A stretch of 63,924 nucleotides of DNA, filler included, from Phoronis australis (Eukaryota; Animalia; Phoronida): NCBI GenBank assembly GCA_002633005.1. It is 7 parts of 7 records of this genome, joined end to end, with 100 filler letters (N's around TTAATTAATTAA, not from the genome) between each part and the next. Parts side by side here need not be neighbours in the genome. Positions count along the whole stretch, not along the records: positions 17,592 to 42,041 come from NMRA01001034.1; positions 42,142 to 49,797 come from NMRA01000129.1; positions 49,898 to 53,209 come from NMRA01003092.1; 4 more parts are not named here. One strand, written 5' to 3'. Below are positions 37,930 to 51,413 of this stretch, piece by piece (the stretch's first letter is position 1; every line of letters starts with the position of its first letter). A program made the translations under genes and the position numbers. The notes beneath the pieces were generated by a model. The model had not been told where the DNA came from. It was given only the letters and a program-made list of their open reading frames with translations, and did not search any database.

Positions 37930-40900
37930 TTACAAAGACAAATTTTCAAACATTCTGCGTGAATCCTCCGTACACAATCTCCCTTCCATTTCAGTCATTT
38001 CCTTCAACATCGCCGTATTGTCACTGTTTTCGTTATTATAGCCAATCCTAGCTCTCATCTCTTTAGCCTCGGAGTAGCAACGATGGGCCAAGTCCAGTTC
38101 ATCTTTGCTGAAATAGAGTGCACCAAGTTCCCGTAAAAGATCAGCCGTGTATGGGTGACCCCGTCCGAACTTGTCCAGCCTTCTTCTCATGCTGAGAGCG
38201 TATTTAATATACCGAAGAGCTAAATCGACATCACCTCTCGCTTTATGACACAAACCAAGCATTTTCAAAGAAACCGCGATATACTCATGATCGTGGGAGC
38301 CGCAAAGTCATCTCGAGTGATTCTATGCACATGTCTAACCCCCGCACACTATTGTTATCAAGTCTAGAGAGTGTAAGCCCAAGGTTTCCTAGTGTTTCAG
38401 CAATGTTAAAGTGATCTTCACCAAATAATTTTTTATTGACGTCCAGTGAGCGAGTGCAGTATTTCAGTGCTTCATTCAATTCATCCATTTTTAGGTAAAC
38501 CTCACCTGTGTTGTTTAAGAGATTTGCCAATCTCGCATTTTGGTCGCTTTTTCCTGAGACTATTTGCAAACCACATAAATTATGCTCAAGAGACTTTTCG
38601 TAAAAGCCAAGGTCTTTAAAAGCCCATGCAACATTAACACACAGTAAGGGGACAAATGAGTGGCCGCTTCCATGAACTGTGATCATCATACGTAGTGCGT
38701 CTAAGTAATAGGGTAGTGCCGAGGCTTGGTCACCCGACATGCTACACGCAATCCCAACGTATCCTAAAGAACACGCAATGTTGGAATGGTCAACGTCACC
38801 ATATATACTCTTCCTCATTTTCAGTGACTCTTGATAATACTGTAGTGCCGAGACATAATCTCTTGAAATGTTGTATGTACTGCCAACTTCATTTATACTG
38901 TTTCTCATTTTCAGTGAGATTTGCAAATACTGTATAGCCGAGACATAATCACTTGAATTGACGTATGCACCGGCAACGTCACTTAAAGAAAACACAATGT
39001 CGGGATGGTCAACGTCGCCATATATCCTCTTTCTCATTTTCAGTCACTCTTGCAAATACTGTAGTGCCGAGACATGATCCCTTGAAGTATTGTATGCATC
39101 GCAAACGTTACTTAAAGAAGACGCAATGTCGGGATGGTCAACGTCGCCATTTATCCTCTTTCTCAATTCCAGTGACTCTTTATAATACTGTAGTGCCGAG
39201 ACATGATCACATGAATTGATGTATGCACTGCCAACGTCACTTAAAGAAGACGCAATGTCTGGATGGTCAACGTCGCCATATATCCTCTTTCTCATTTTCA
39301 GTGAGTCTTGCAAGTACTGTATTGCCGAGACATGATCACTTGAATTGTTGTATGCACCGCCAACGTTACTTAAAGAAGACACAATATCGGGATGGTCAAC
39401 GTCGCCATATATCCTCTTTTTCATTTTCAGTGAGTCTTGCAAATACTGTAGTGCCGAGACATGATCCCTTCAATTGTTGTATGCACCGCCAACGTTACTT
39501 AAAGAAGACGCAATGTCGGGATGGTCAACGTCGCCATATATCCTCTTTCTCAATTCCAGTGACTTTTGATAATATTGTAGTGCCGAAGCATGATCCTTTG
39601 AGTTGTTGTATGCACCACCAACGTCACTTAAAGAAGACGCAATGTCGGTAAGGTCAACGTCGCCATATATCCTCTTTCTCATTTTCAGTGAGTCTTGCAA
39701 ATACTGTAGTGCCGAGACATGATCACTTGAATCGTTGTATGCCCCGCCAACGTTACTTAAAGAAGACGCAAAGTCGGCATGATCAACGTCGCCATATATC
39801 CTCTTTCTCATTTTCAGTGTGTCTTGCAAATACTGTAGTGCCGAGACATGATCACTTGAATCGTTGTATGCCCCGCCAACGTTACTTAAAGAAGACGCAA
39901 TGTCGGCATGATCAACGTCGCCATATATCCTCTTTCTCATTTTCAGTGTGTCTTGCAAATACTGTAGTGCCGAGACATGATCACTTGAATTGTTGTATGC
40001 ACCGCCAACGTTACTTAAAGAAGACGCAATGTAGGGATGGTCAACGTCGCCATATATCCTCTTTCTCATTTCCAGTGACTCTTGATAATACTGTAGTGCC
40101 AAGACATGATCACTTGATTTGTTGTATGCAGTGCCAACGTATCTTAAAGAAGACGAAATATCGGGATGGTCAACGCTGCGCCATATATCCTCTTTCTCAT
40201 TTTCAGTGAGTCTTGCAAATACTGTAGTGCCGAGACATGATCACATGAATTGATGTATGCACTGCCAACGTCACTTAAAGAAGACGCAATGTCTGGATGG
40301 TCAACGTCGCCATATATCCGTTTTCTCATTTTCAGTGACTCTTGATAATATTGTAGTGCCGAAGCATGATCCTTTGACTTGTTGTATGCACTGCCAACGT
40401 CACTTAAAGAAGACGCAATGTTGGGATGGTCAACGTCGCCATATATCCTCTTTCTCATTTTCAGTGAGTCTTCCAAATACTGTAGTGCCGAGACATGATC
40501 ACTTGAATTGTAGTATGCACCGCCAAAGTTACTTATAGAAGACGCAATGTCGGGATGGTCAACGTCGCCATATATCCTCTTTCTCATTTTCAGTGACTCT
40601 TGATATTATTGTAGTGTCGAAGCATGATCCTTTGAGTTGTTGTATGCACTGCCAACGTCACTTAAACTAGACGCAATGTCGGGATGGTCAACGTCGCCAT
40701 ATATCCTCTTTCTCATTTTCAGTCACTCTTGCAAATACTGTAGTGCCGAGACATGATCCCTTGAAGTATTGTATGCATCGCCAACGTTACTTAAAGAAGA
40801 CGCAATGTCGGGATGGTCAACGTCGCCATTTATCCTCTTTCTCAATTCCAGTGACTCTTGATAATACTGTAGTGCCGAGACATGATCACATGAATTGATG

Positions 40901-42041
40901 TATGCACTGCCAACGTCACTTAAAGAAGACGCAATGTCTGGATGGTCAACGTCGCCATATATCCTCTTTCTCATTTTCAGTGAGTCTTGCAAGTACTGTA
41001 TTGCCGAGACATGATCACTTGAATTGTTGTATGCACCGCCAACGTTACTTAAAGAAGACACAATATCGGGATGGTCAACGTCGCCATATATCCTCTTTTT
41101 CATTTTCAGTGAGTCTTGCAAATACTGTAGTGCCGAGACATGATCCCTTGAATTGTTGTATGCACCGCCAACGTTACTTAAAGAAGACGCAATGTCGGGA
41201 TGGTCAACGTCGCCATATATCCTCTTTCTCAATTCCAGTGACTTTTGATAATATTGTAGTGCCGAAGCATGATCCTTTGAGTTGTTGTATGCACCACCAA
41301 CGTCACTAAAAGAAGACGCAATGTCGGTATGGTCAACGTCGCCATATATCCTCTTTCTCATTTTCAGTGAGTCTTGCAAATACTGTAGTGCCGAGACATG
41401 ATCACTTGAATCGTTGTATGCCCCGCCAACGTTACTTAAAGAAGACGCAATGTCGGCATGATCAACGTCGCCATATATCCTCTTTCTCATTTTCAGTGTG
41501 TCTTGCAAATACTGTAGTGCCGAGACATGATCACTTGAATTGTTGTATGCACCGCCAACGTTACTTAAAGAAGACGCAATGTAGGGATGGTCAACGTCGC
41601 CATATATCCTCTTTCTCATTTCCAGTGACTCTTGATAATACTGTAGTGCCAAGACATGATCACTTGATTTGTTGTATGCAGTGCCAACGTATCTTAAAGA
41701 AGACGAAATATCGGGATGGTCAACGCTGCGCCATATATCCTCTTTCTCATTTTCAGTGAGTCTTGCAAATACTGTAGTGCCGAGACATGATCACATGAAT
41801 TGATGTATGCACTGCCAACGTCACTTAAAGAAGACGCAATGTCTGGATGGTCAACGTCGCCATATATCCGTTTTCTCATTTTCAGTGACTCTTGATAATA
41901 CTGTAGTGCCGAAGCATGATCCTTTGACTTGTTGTATGCACTGCCAACGTCACTTAAAGAAGACGCAATGTCGGGATGGTCAACGTCGCCATATATCCGT
42001 TTTCTCATTTTCAGTGACTCTTGATAATACTGTAGTGCCGA
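37930..42041 (-). pseudogene. TPR-array gene (43-aa/129-bp TPR_10/12-type, NPHP3/KLC-like repeats) with multiple disablements; 5' end off-contig
   Basis: About 25 repeats of VSALQYLQDSLKMRKRIYGDVDHPDIASSLSNVGGAYNNSSDH. Stops at 39044, 39470, about 40608 and 40723. Frameshifts near 38292, 40175 and 41725. Confidence 0.85.
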
Positions 42042-44529
42042 NNNNNNNNNNNNNNNNNNNNNNNNNNNNNNNNNNNNNNNNNNNNTTAATTAATTAANNN
42101 NNNNNNNNNNNNNNNNNNNNNNNNNNNNNNNNNNNNNNNNNAAATGAAGTCCAAAATAGGAATTTTCAACAGTGTAAAAAAAACTTCAAAGGAAATCGGT
42201 GGAGAATCAAAGGAGGTACGGAACTCGGCGGTGTTAAACTATGGATGATGACGTCGTCATGAATTAGTCCCGCCCGAAACGCTTACGACGATGACGCCCT
42301 GCTTGGCCATGAGTCTGACAAGCTACGGAGTACGTGCGACGGACACACCTGTATGAGATTGTCTTACTACCGGACGCTGATGCGTGTTCACTGCACTGAA
42401 CAAATCAAGACCGAGATGACGTTTTAGAACTTAGATGAACTTGATGATCCCAAGATGATAAAATTTGGAAGCGTATTAACCTGCAGGTGAATCTCGTCAA
42501 TCTTGATCGTAATGCCCGAAGTAAGCCTATGAACTCAGTAGTGGAACTTAGGCCGCACAAGTGACACTTATGGATAGGTCTTTATCATTAAAGTAACATA
42601 TACGCCTTCTATCTCGATACGGTTGGCTTGTATTCAAAACCTCGATCGTAGTGCATCATATGTTCTTTATCGCCTTCGTTGTAGACGCTCCTGAAAACGG
42701 GCACGGAGTTGACGCTCTTTTGCGAAATACGCCTATGATCAAGTCAATGTTTAATTACTGAATTCGAACCACCTTGCGCCGGGCCTCCCGGCAGGCTAGC
42801 TGACTGCGCAGTCCGCGCCGTGGCCGGGGCCGGAACTGGAGCCATCCGACCCGGGGTCGGGAGGGGGAAGGTGGACGGNACTAAAAAGGAATCTTTCAAT
42901 CATAATTAATTGATACTATATACCATTCATTATTATATTCCATGCATTATGTTTTTAGAAAAAAACGACACTCAACGTCCCACAATAAATACAAGTCTGT
43001 TCGCCAGCTTGGCTCGGCCGTTGCCATTACCAGCAATTCGTAAACTAGGTCATCCGCCAGGTTCTCTGCGAAAACTAGGTCATCGCTTATGGACCAGTTA
43101 GCGCTTCACTCTCCGCGTGTCTACTGGAGAGAAGCACCAGAAAGGTTGTTCTACATTTTGTAGCCCAAAATTACCAAAGTTCAAATATATTCCGTTGAAA
43201 AGGAAAGACAAAACATATCGTTACAGATGTCTGGCCAATCATGAGTCACTACTCGTAAGCAAATCAAAGCTGTCCTTACTCGTTGCCTTGTCTCGCACTA
43301 CCCGTCAACTAGTTTTCAGTTCGCAATGCAACAATACAATTCTCATAAATTCAACTTGTAATGACCCCTTTCAATTTTAAACCATGCCCTAAGTACTCGG
43401 AAACAAATTATTGTTAGGTACAACGAGGTTTTTTTCTCTGAAGTGGATCGTAAACACCTCAGGTGACCGTACTGAGTTTTCCGCACATAGCTACTTTGGC
43501 CTAGAGCTGAATTCTTACCATGTCCCGCACTATGGGCCGGGCCGGGCCGGGCCGGTCAAGGGCTAATCCCTGTTGTACGCACTACTTAAGCATTGGAATC
43601 AAATTGTTACATATAGAGAAAACGTTTATACTGGTGTGAATATTATCAGTGATTTAACCAAAAACTTCGAATTAACTAGACCCACTAATGCTAGTCTATG
43701 ACGATAAACTGATATCAAAAGGCCAAAATTGGCAATTTTCGGCGACCCCATGTTAAATACAAAATTTTGTCTAATTTTCTTCAAAATCCTACATTTCAAT
43801 CTTGATTATACTGACATCTGTTGGGTCTATCGGCAACTAACTGCACATGAAAGGCTTGGTCGAAAATTATCGTTTTCTCACATGCACTTTCGGGTTTTTA
43901 GCGGCGATTCCACTGATCGAAGCGACAAAATAAGCCAAAACTTTGGCCATACCATGTTAAACATAAAATTTTTTCCAATTTTGCTGAAACTTGGCCACGT
44001 TTTTAACAAAATACTTATCTATGTTATGTGCTATCGGCAAATGTGATTGATTCATAAATAAGACCCTCACGCTGTGTTTTCTGCGAATCCCATGTATTGT
44101 GAAGGGGGCTAACTGAGTGATTTTCGCGCATGCGCAATTCACGGTTTCAATATTGCTGGTAATGATGAAGAAAATTTACTTCATTTTTTAAAGAAAATGG
44201 AACCTGAGTGACGATGAAAAAACAGAAGCTGCTGGTAAAAGAAGATGGGAATTTTAATAGAAGCCTTAGTGAATCACTCAGAAACTCGCAATACTCTCTT
44301 TGTCAAACCTTATGTTAAGACGATTTCCAAAGCAATCCCCCGCGGTCATTATTGCCAACACGAATAACGGATTTGGTCTTTTGAGCATTTTAAGACTATT
44401 TTGAATACGACAAAATTGTTAAAAATCGATGGCACAAAACGTGTAATAAGCATTACAAAAAAAGTAGGTTTCGCGCGCAAACGCTGTGGACCATAAACAA
44501 GTACGTCTCTTAGTATGAGATTAGTAGCT

Positions 44530-44604
44530 AAATCGTGGTGGTGTAGTGGTAACGCACGCGCGCTCCATGCGCAAGGTCGTGAGTTCGAGTCTTTGGTACT
44601 TGCA
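44530..44604 (+). other. tRNA-derived sequence (pseudo-tRNA or SINE head)
   Basis: A box TGGTGTAGTGG, B box GAGTTCGAGTC and an anticodon-like arm (CCA or TCC). The acceptor stem pairs poorly. Confidence 0.5.
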
Positions 44605-47338
44605 GGTTTTCCTGTTTGACACGTTCTCCGTGTTTTTTTTGGCTTTTTTCTTGGTTAATACTTCAGGAATCAAGGAAAATACTTGATTTTTAGAGGTCAA
44701 AACAGAAAAATTTCCTGGGCGGGAGGGGGGCAAACCTCCCCCCATTTGGTGCTATGCGCATCTACAATCGTGGTTCAGTTTGCGCAAATGTTTACAGCCG
44801 GACAAAATGTTGGGCCCCCCCTTGTGATATCCTAGATCCGCCACTGAAACATAACCAACACTTGTGACAGTCATACAGTTGAAAGTTTGGAGAGCTACAT
44901 GTAGAATCGATTATATCCAGAATATCTAATCACGACCGCTTGATGCTTCTAGATTTTTCCAAAGGATGGAGATTCAATTATTTTACTGCACCAGAATGTA
45001 ATGCAATGAACAAAAGCTGAACTGACAGCATTGCATTTCTTAACTTTTTGACGACTGCAGGGGCCGATCTAGGATTTTGAGTTGGGAGGGGGCACGGCAG
45101 AGTATTAGCCAGGATTTTGCCGTCAGACATTAGCACCCCGAACTGCCAAATGGAATCTGGGAGAATGCCAAGGCCACTGGACTGAATGAATTTCATTGGA
45201 AATGTAGGCCTACGCATATTTCTTATACGGCGATCCATCCGTTGTAAGTACCATATTTCAGACAAGTGCGTGTGGAAAATATTATACTATAGATGAAGTA
45301 TGCAGCAGATGTGTTAAAAACTTTGGCCATCCTGAACCAAAATGTCCCAAGACGCCAAACTATAAACACCGGCGTTAGTTACGGCCAGGTTCGAGTCATA
45401 CGGCATAACTCAAATGATCACCCGGCCACCAAAGAGAAATCAATCCGGCCTATCGTGAATCAAATGTGCGCTACCTTTTGTTAGAATTTTTACTTAAGTG
45501 CGATTAAGAGCGCTCTCTTTTGTTTGAAATGGAAACTATGTTCAGTTGCCGACTTCGTGTCGTACGGTGACCCTACTTAGGAAGGAAAAGCTCTTGTCAC
45601 CAATACACAACTCATGAAATATACATAAATGTAGGATTACTTATAAAATATAGCGACATCTGGGCACCGAGTTGCTTACATTAACGTCCCGTCTGAAGAA
45701 CAACACAATCGGGACCACCTATATTAATAAATAGGGGCCCAACGTTTGGCCAAGAGGTCAGGCCTTTGGCAGCCGTCAGGCGGTAACCCTTCATTAATGT
45801 GAGGGCCCGCTAATTTTTGGACTCCTATCAATACAAGGGGCTCCACTTTTGAAGCTTGAAAATGTACCTTTTGAATATGCCATTTTAATGAAAAATAAGT
45901 TGATAAAAATGATAACCTGTTTACACACTTTAAGCCATGAAATAAAATCGTGGTTTACAAACATATCCGTTCGTGTCGATGCAGACAAAGAAAACAAAAA
46001 ATAACTATCGCCCATTTTCCCTCAATCCTGCACGAATATCACGTTGAATCCAATCGGAAACTACGAGAGTGCATGTGTAATCAATTTCATAATTAGTCAA
46101 CAGAACACTTGAAACGTGTAGACCTATTATTGAAACGAATGCCCATGAAACACACCAATAATGCAAGCCAAAGGTTACAAATGATCAGATTTCACACAAT
46201 TCTTGTTGCACGCAGTGAAATTCTGGATCAAAATATTTTAAGAAAAGTGCTTGTGTAATCATTTCCATAACTCGACAGAGCACTTTTTAAAGAGATTAAA
46301 ATCTGTAAGCGTATAACAGGAAGGGATAACTTTAAAACACGCCAAGGCTGCAAGACGTACAAATGATCACAACTCTCACAGATATTACCTGCGAGCTGGA
46401 TATGATAACGAGTTTTCAAGATTGAAAACTACGAAAGGCTAGAGTTATTCCTAATAACGAATAATGTATTATACGGCGATGTTCTTATGTTGTTACGGAG
46501 AGCTCATTTGAAGAATTGAAGACGAGCGTAAAATCACGAAAACCCTATAGGCCTACATCCACTGAATGCTGTTCGTATTCTCGATTGGAGTAACAATGAA
46601 TAAACGCTCGCGGTGGCCATTTTTGTTCTTAGTCGTGTCCGTAGAAGGAGGGGGCAGACCCTCTGCCAAGTTCAACGCCTTTAATCCACCATTGTTTGTC
46701 CAAACTGCCCGATCGAGTACTTCACTGCTCTTTAAAGATTACAATTTAATTTGCTTAATTTTACCTGCAGGTTATTTCACCGATAAATTGAATAGCATTG
46801 TCCCTATCTAAATGAACCTGTACAGCCCCTGAGCAGAGCTCATGCCTAGTGTCAGAACATACATATGGAACATAAGGTAATGGCAATCCCATCCCAAGTG
46901 ATGTCGTATGGATGTCGCAAGTGCAAGATTCATGAGACGGGCGTAAGTGCGTCGCATGGTTATCTCCTATGGGGACGACTAGGCCTACTATTCCTTTCCT
47001 TTGTCGCGTCTTAGTTGGATACAACAGTGCGGGCGCACGGATATCGTACCTTGGGCGTACATCAACCGTTACCAATAAATTTCAACCATTATCTTTATTG
47101 TGAGAAAGAAAAACAAAGTGAACAATGAATACGCCTATCTAACGGTCTCCATGCGACGAGCTTGCGACCTAGTTTTCATGGACTGGGTCCCCATTTCCTT
47201 CATACATGTAATCCACCCACTGACGTGTATTTCAGTTAGGTCGTTTTTATTTTGTAACAGAACAACACTATTTCCGCCAGGCTCTTTTGAAGTTCCACAT
47301 GTTCTTTGTTGTCACACATAGCAATCCGTATCTTTTAG

Positions 47339-47468
47339 TGCTTTATGGCTCAACTGGCCAGGGATGACGTTGTTTTCTCTCGTGGGGGCGCTCTGTGGTC
47401 TCGTCATTTACGCCAACTATAAGGACTGCGATCCTTTAACCAGCGGGAGAATTACGTCAAACGATCAG
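47339..47468 (+). CDS. SLC5 sodium:solute symporter (SLC5A6/8/12-like) exon
   Basis: ttttag|ALWLNWPG...CGLVIYANYKDCDPLTSGRITSNDQ|gt, containing the diagnostic CDPL...DQ motif. Confidence 0.9.
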
Positions 47469-47993
47469 GTAGCATTCAGTTACCACTAGTATCACTAATA
47501 CCTCATGTTCAAATCCGTGGCATTCATCGTGTTCCAAAACCTTCCGGAATTGCAATTTGTTTAGCTTACTGCTCTGTATTGTAGCCCTATTGTGTTGTTT
47601 TCAATTTCATTAATTTTGTACACGGGGAAATCGTCAATATAAAGCATTATAAATAACTGAAATTTACTACTTAACATTACATGTACACAATCATTGACAT
47701 CAATCTGATATGAAATTCTAAATTCTGCTATTTAATAAGTTTCGGACTGCGACGTACATATTTAATCAATAGATTAATTTAATTTTCCATCTTAAGCAAT
47801 TAATATGTAGTAGGCCTACTTCTAGAAATATTTAGATTCAGAAATAGCGCACCCGGACTAAAGTGCGGGTTTCTTGTTGTGTTTTTTTACATTATTTCAT
47901 CCTATCGCTAGATTGGTTAAATTAGAGACTACTGAAATATTTGTTGAGACAAAGATTAAAAACTACAACTAACAAGTTTTTCCGAACTTACAG

Positions 47994-48082
47994 CTTCTGC
48001 CCTTGTTTGTTATGGACATTCTATCCTCGCTTCCTGGATTGCCAGGCATTTTCTTAGCCTGCTTGTTTAGTGGCTCTCTCAG
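47994..48082 (+). CDS. SLC5A6/8/12-like exon
   Basis: cag|[29 protein letters not shown]|gtgagt. Confidence 0.9.
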
Positions 48083-48286
48083 GTGAGTAAACCATGAACT
48101 ACACACTGACCGTCCGGTCGTCATAAATTCCATGCTTCCTGCGAAAGAAGCATAGATGTTTCCGAACTGCCAAACTTTAGTTTCCAGTACATATACAGTA
48201 TCTCTGCAGATCTGCAAAGGCTACTCTAAACTCTGGTAACAGTCAGATTTTAGCCATGTACATGTAGGCCTACTCTCTCCCTACAG

Positions 48287-48564
48287 CAGTGGCGGATCTA
48301 CGAGAGGGTTCAAAGGGTTTAAGCCCCCCTTGGGCCAGGACCCAAAAATGAAAAAAACGTCTACAGCAAAACAAAAACGACACCGCTAGCGTGTGTAAAC
48401 CCCAAGTAAACCAACTTGGAAAAATTGAGGGGGGCTCACTCTGAAAATATAATTTTTTTGCATTGTGAATTGCTGAGTCTTCGTGGCTCATCGGCAAAAC
48501 GCGCGGAGATCGCTTCCATCGACACTTCTGAAGTAGCCAAGCATTTTAGATGGATCCACCGCTG
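48287..48564. mobile_element. MITE with CAGTGGCGGATC-type TIRs (related ends at 44832-44846 and about 45058)
   Basis: CAGTGGCGGATCT...GGATCCACCGCTG imperfect TIRs. Confidence 0.6.
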
Positions 48565-50046
48565 AAACAGCAGTTCTATAGCTGATTTCTTTAGGTAACT
48601 AGCTTCTTTACTCTAAGATATGTTTTGCTTTGATTAGGGGAAGTACTGTGGTGCCACAACCCTGATATTCAGGCAAATTGACGTGCAACGTTTTTACCTC
48701 ATCTGTCATGCCGTGTCATGCTATACACTCCACACGTTTGTAACTGATGTATAGTAAAGTTGTTTTGCGCAATATCATACAGTGTACATGTACATGTAAT
48801 ATTTTTGAAAAAATTTCTTTTCCGAAGAATTGCTAATGTGGTGGGCGCCGTGGTCTGGTCGCGAGTCCGTTTGAAGATACACTCTAACAAGTTATGTCTA
48901 TACAAGGAATGACCAAGGGGGCACTCACAATGACAAAGTGACCGCATTCGCAAACAGTGTACAGTACCAGAAATTGCGGGGAGGCTGTTTTTTTTACTAC
49001 AAAGTCTTGCGGGACTCGTGTGCGATGTTCAATAGGCCTCCTAAGGAGCACTAATTCCGATCTCAACACCTACCGTCTTTCTACCTGCAATAAGCACACT
49101 GCCGTCTTCTATATCTATACTGAGAATTTCCGCAGAAATGCCCACCCGATGAAACGCTCATGCCCATGGGCATTTATTTGATGTAAGTACTTCGGGTTTC
49201 AAGCGTTCTGAGACATTGGGACGTTTATTTCAAAAATTGCAAATAGGTCCTGGGATACATCGTCAAGGTTTGAAGTAGTCCGTCATGAATGGATCAAATT
49301 TAGTTGCGCATTACAAGTCTTTTGAGTGGACTTGGCAACCTCAAAGGTTTTCGTGTCAACTGAGCTGCGAAACGAGAGAGGCTTACAAGCTCATTGACAC
49401 AGCAGTTGACAAAGTGCAAGCGTTGGGAAAAAACATCTAAGATATCTGGGTAGAATGGTTCCATGACGAGCAAACCATTGGATCCGATATACAGATTCCT
49501 CAGCAGTCTAGACAACAGAAGGATAGGACTAACGTATGAGTAACCACTGGAGATTAAAAATTGTCTAGAGAGATTTTCAATTCAAAAATTTTTGCATAGT
49601 ACACTTTAGGTCTCGCGGCGGACCAGGCCAGCTTGATTTGTGTAGATGTTGAGTTTCAGTGTACTTCTGGTCCCTCGGCGAACTAGTCTTGTGATTTTTT
49701 TACCAAAGTGTACTTTGTAAAACTATTTATCTCAGCCAGTACTGTTTGGTCCCGCGACAGATCGACTATTTTTATAGGGATAATAAGCACAGGTGTANNN
49801 NNNNNNNNNNNNNNNNNNNNNNNNNNNNNNNNNNNNNNNNNTTAATTAATTAANNNNNNNNNNNNNNNNNNNNNNNNNNNNNNNNNNNNNNNNNNNNATT
49901 GATGTGGCCTAATGTAGACCTTCATAAGCCAACCAACATAGCATCACTGAAACTTTCCCCAACATCATCACATTAACAATGCAGTCATTATCAGTACACA
50001 CACGCACGCGCAAACGCACACACACACACACTGTAGTGAAGCTCAC

Positions 50047-50109
50047 CTCGTAATTACTACACGTCTTTCCATACCACTTCATCCACTTCTTGAACTCAGC
50101 GTCAAGTTT
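50047..50109 (-). CDS. DOT1L: DOT1L exon
   Basis: cag|KLDAEFKKWMKWYGKTCSNYE|gtgag, compared with human MDREFRKWMKWYGKKHAEY. Confidence 0.92.
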
Positions 50110-51318
50110 CTGAAATTAGCACAATGATCACGCGTCACGGGGTGGAAACAATAGTTCGGCAAGTATCGTATTGATTCAGGCTGACACACAGGGCTTTTAA
50201 ACCGAGACACATTAAAGTAGTATGGTCAAGCTTAAACATCCTCAAATGATGTCATCAACAGTTTGACCAATGTCAGCGTACAGTGGCAATGGTGAACAGC
50301 GAAATTTCAGATATTTTCAAATTTATCTGAAGGAAAGAAAAGTCCAGGTGCATGAGTGTTAATCTGCATATAACAAAACGTAGGAACACAAATTCTCGTT
50401 TTGACACTTTGGGGTGCATAGAGAGCAGAAGATGAACAATAACCCGGATGCAAAGTTCCAACATGAGAACGGCCTTACAACAATGATGCAATTTTGTGAC
50501 AGGCAGATTTACGAACACACGCGTGCACACACGCACACGTGTGCCTCAGATGCACACCTGTGGCGACCTTGGGCCACGATTTTCTTGATCAAATTTGAAG
50601 TCTGCAAAAGGGTAAAATAAGTACTGCAAAGCAAAGTTGTCCCCCACCCCATTTCAACTGGTACTGATGCCAGAACCGACCTGCAGCCATTAGTACAGAG
50701 GGGAGTGCTTAAGATGTCTACTTTGTAATAAACTATCTGAGGTGACTATTCTTGACAACAAAACTGACAAACTGGGAACAATGCATTACAAATAGGACAG
50801 TGGCCTTTGTGTTTTTGGTTCGGGCTCAGTATCAAGGCTTTTCTCTTCTACCAACAGATCAGAGACTCTAGTCCATTGCACCTCAATATCATCACAGCCA
50901 AATTACCACATTCACAAGACCACTGCACATAAGAACAGCATATAGTGACCAAAAATTCATCAATTTCAGACAAAAATAAAAATTTGATCTATTTTATTTT
51001 TCCAAGGACTCTAACAGTCTTGTTTATCGCACAGAAATCAAAGAGAAATTTAGAACGATTGCGGTTACTTTCAATTTTGCAACATTACTTCAGCCAAACA
51101 CTGGTGTCTCTGAACAGTTTTATGAATGCACACAATGTCCCAAAACTTTCCACAATGGTAGTCAAGATGAAGGACTTAAAATGATTTAGCATTTCATTGA
51201 TGCACTTCATCTTGATGAAAAAATCAAAAATAAAATTTTACTTGTCTGCCGTCTTGTCTCTTAAAAGTTTGACATTGTACAGCAACCTACGCTGGACTTA
51301 CGCAGTAAGCTCACTCAC

Positions 51319-51413
51319 CTTGGCACAATGGGCTGGGTAATCTGCCTTCTCTATACCGTAACACAACTTGGCTGGGGTTTGCGCTGCCACCTGCAGGACC
51401 ACTTGACCAACAC
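51319..51413 (-). CDS. DOT1L: DOT1L exon
   Basis: (G)VGQVVLQVAAQTPAKLCYGIEKADYPAHCAK|gtgagt. Confidence 0.95.

Noticed and set aside
39044-40725. In-frame TGA codons in the TPR array as selenocysteine or readthrough
   Set aside because: They replace Ser TCA and co-occur with a TAA and frameshifts, so pseudogenisation is the simpler explanation.
38695-42097. Plus-strand repetitive ORFs (RHLKKTQC...)
   Set aside because: Antisense shadows of the TPR repeats.
44530-44604. Functional tRNA gene
   Set aside because: Poor acceptor stem and atypical anticodon loop; treated as a tRNA-derived repeat.
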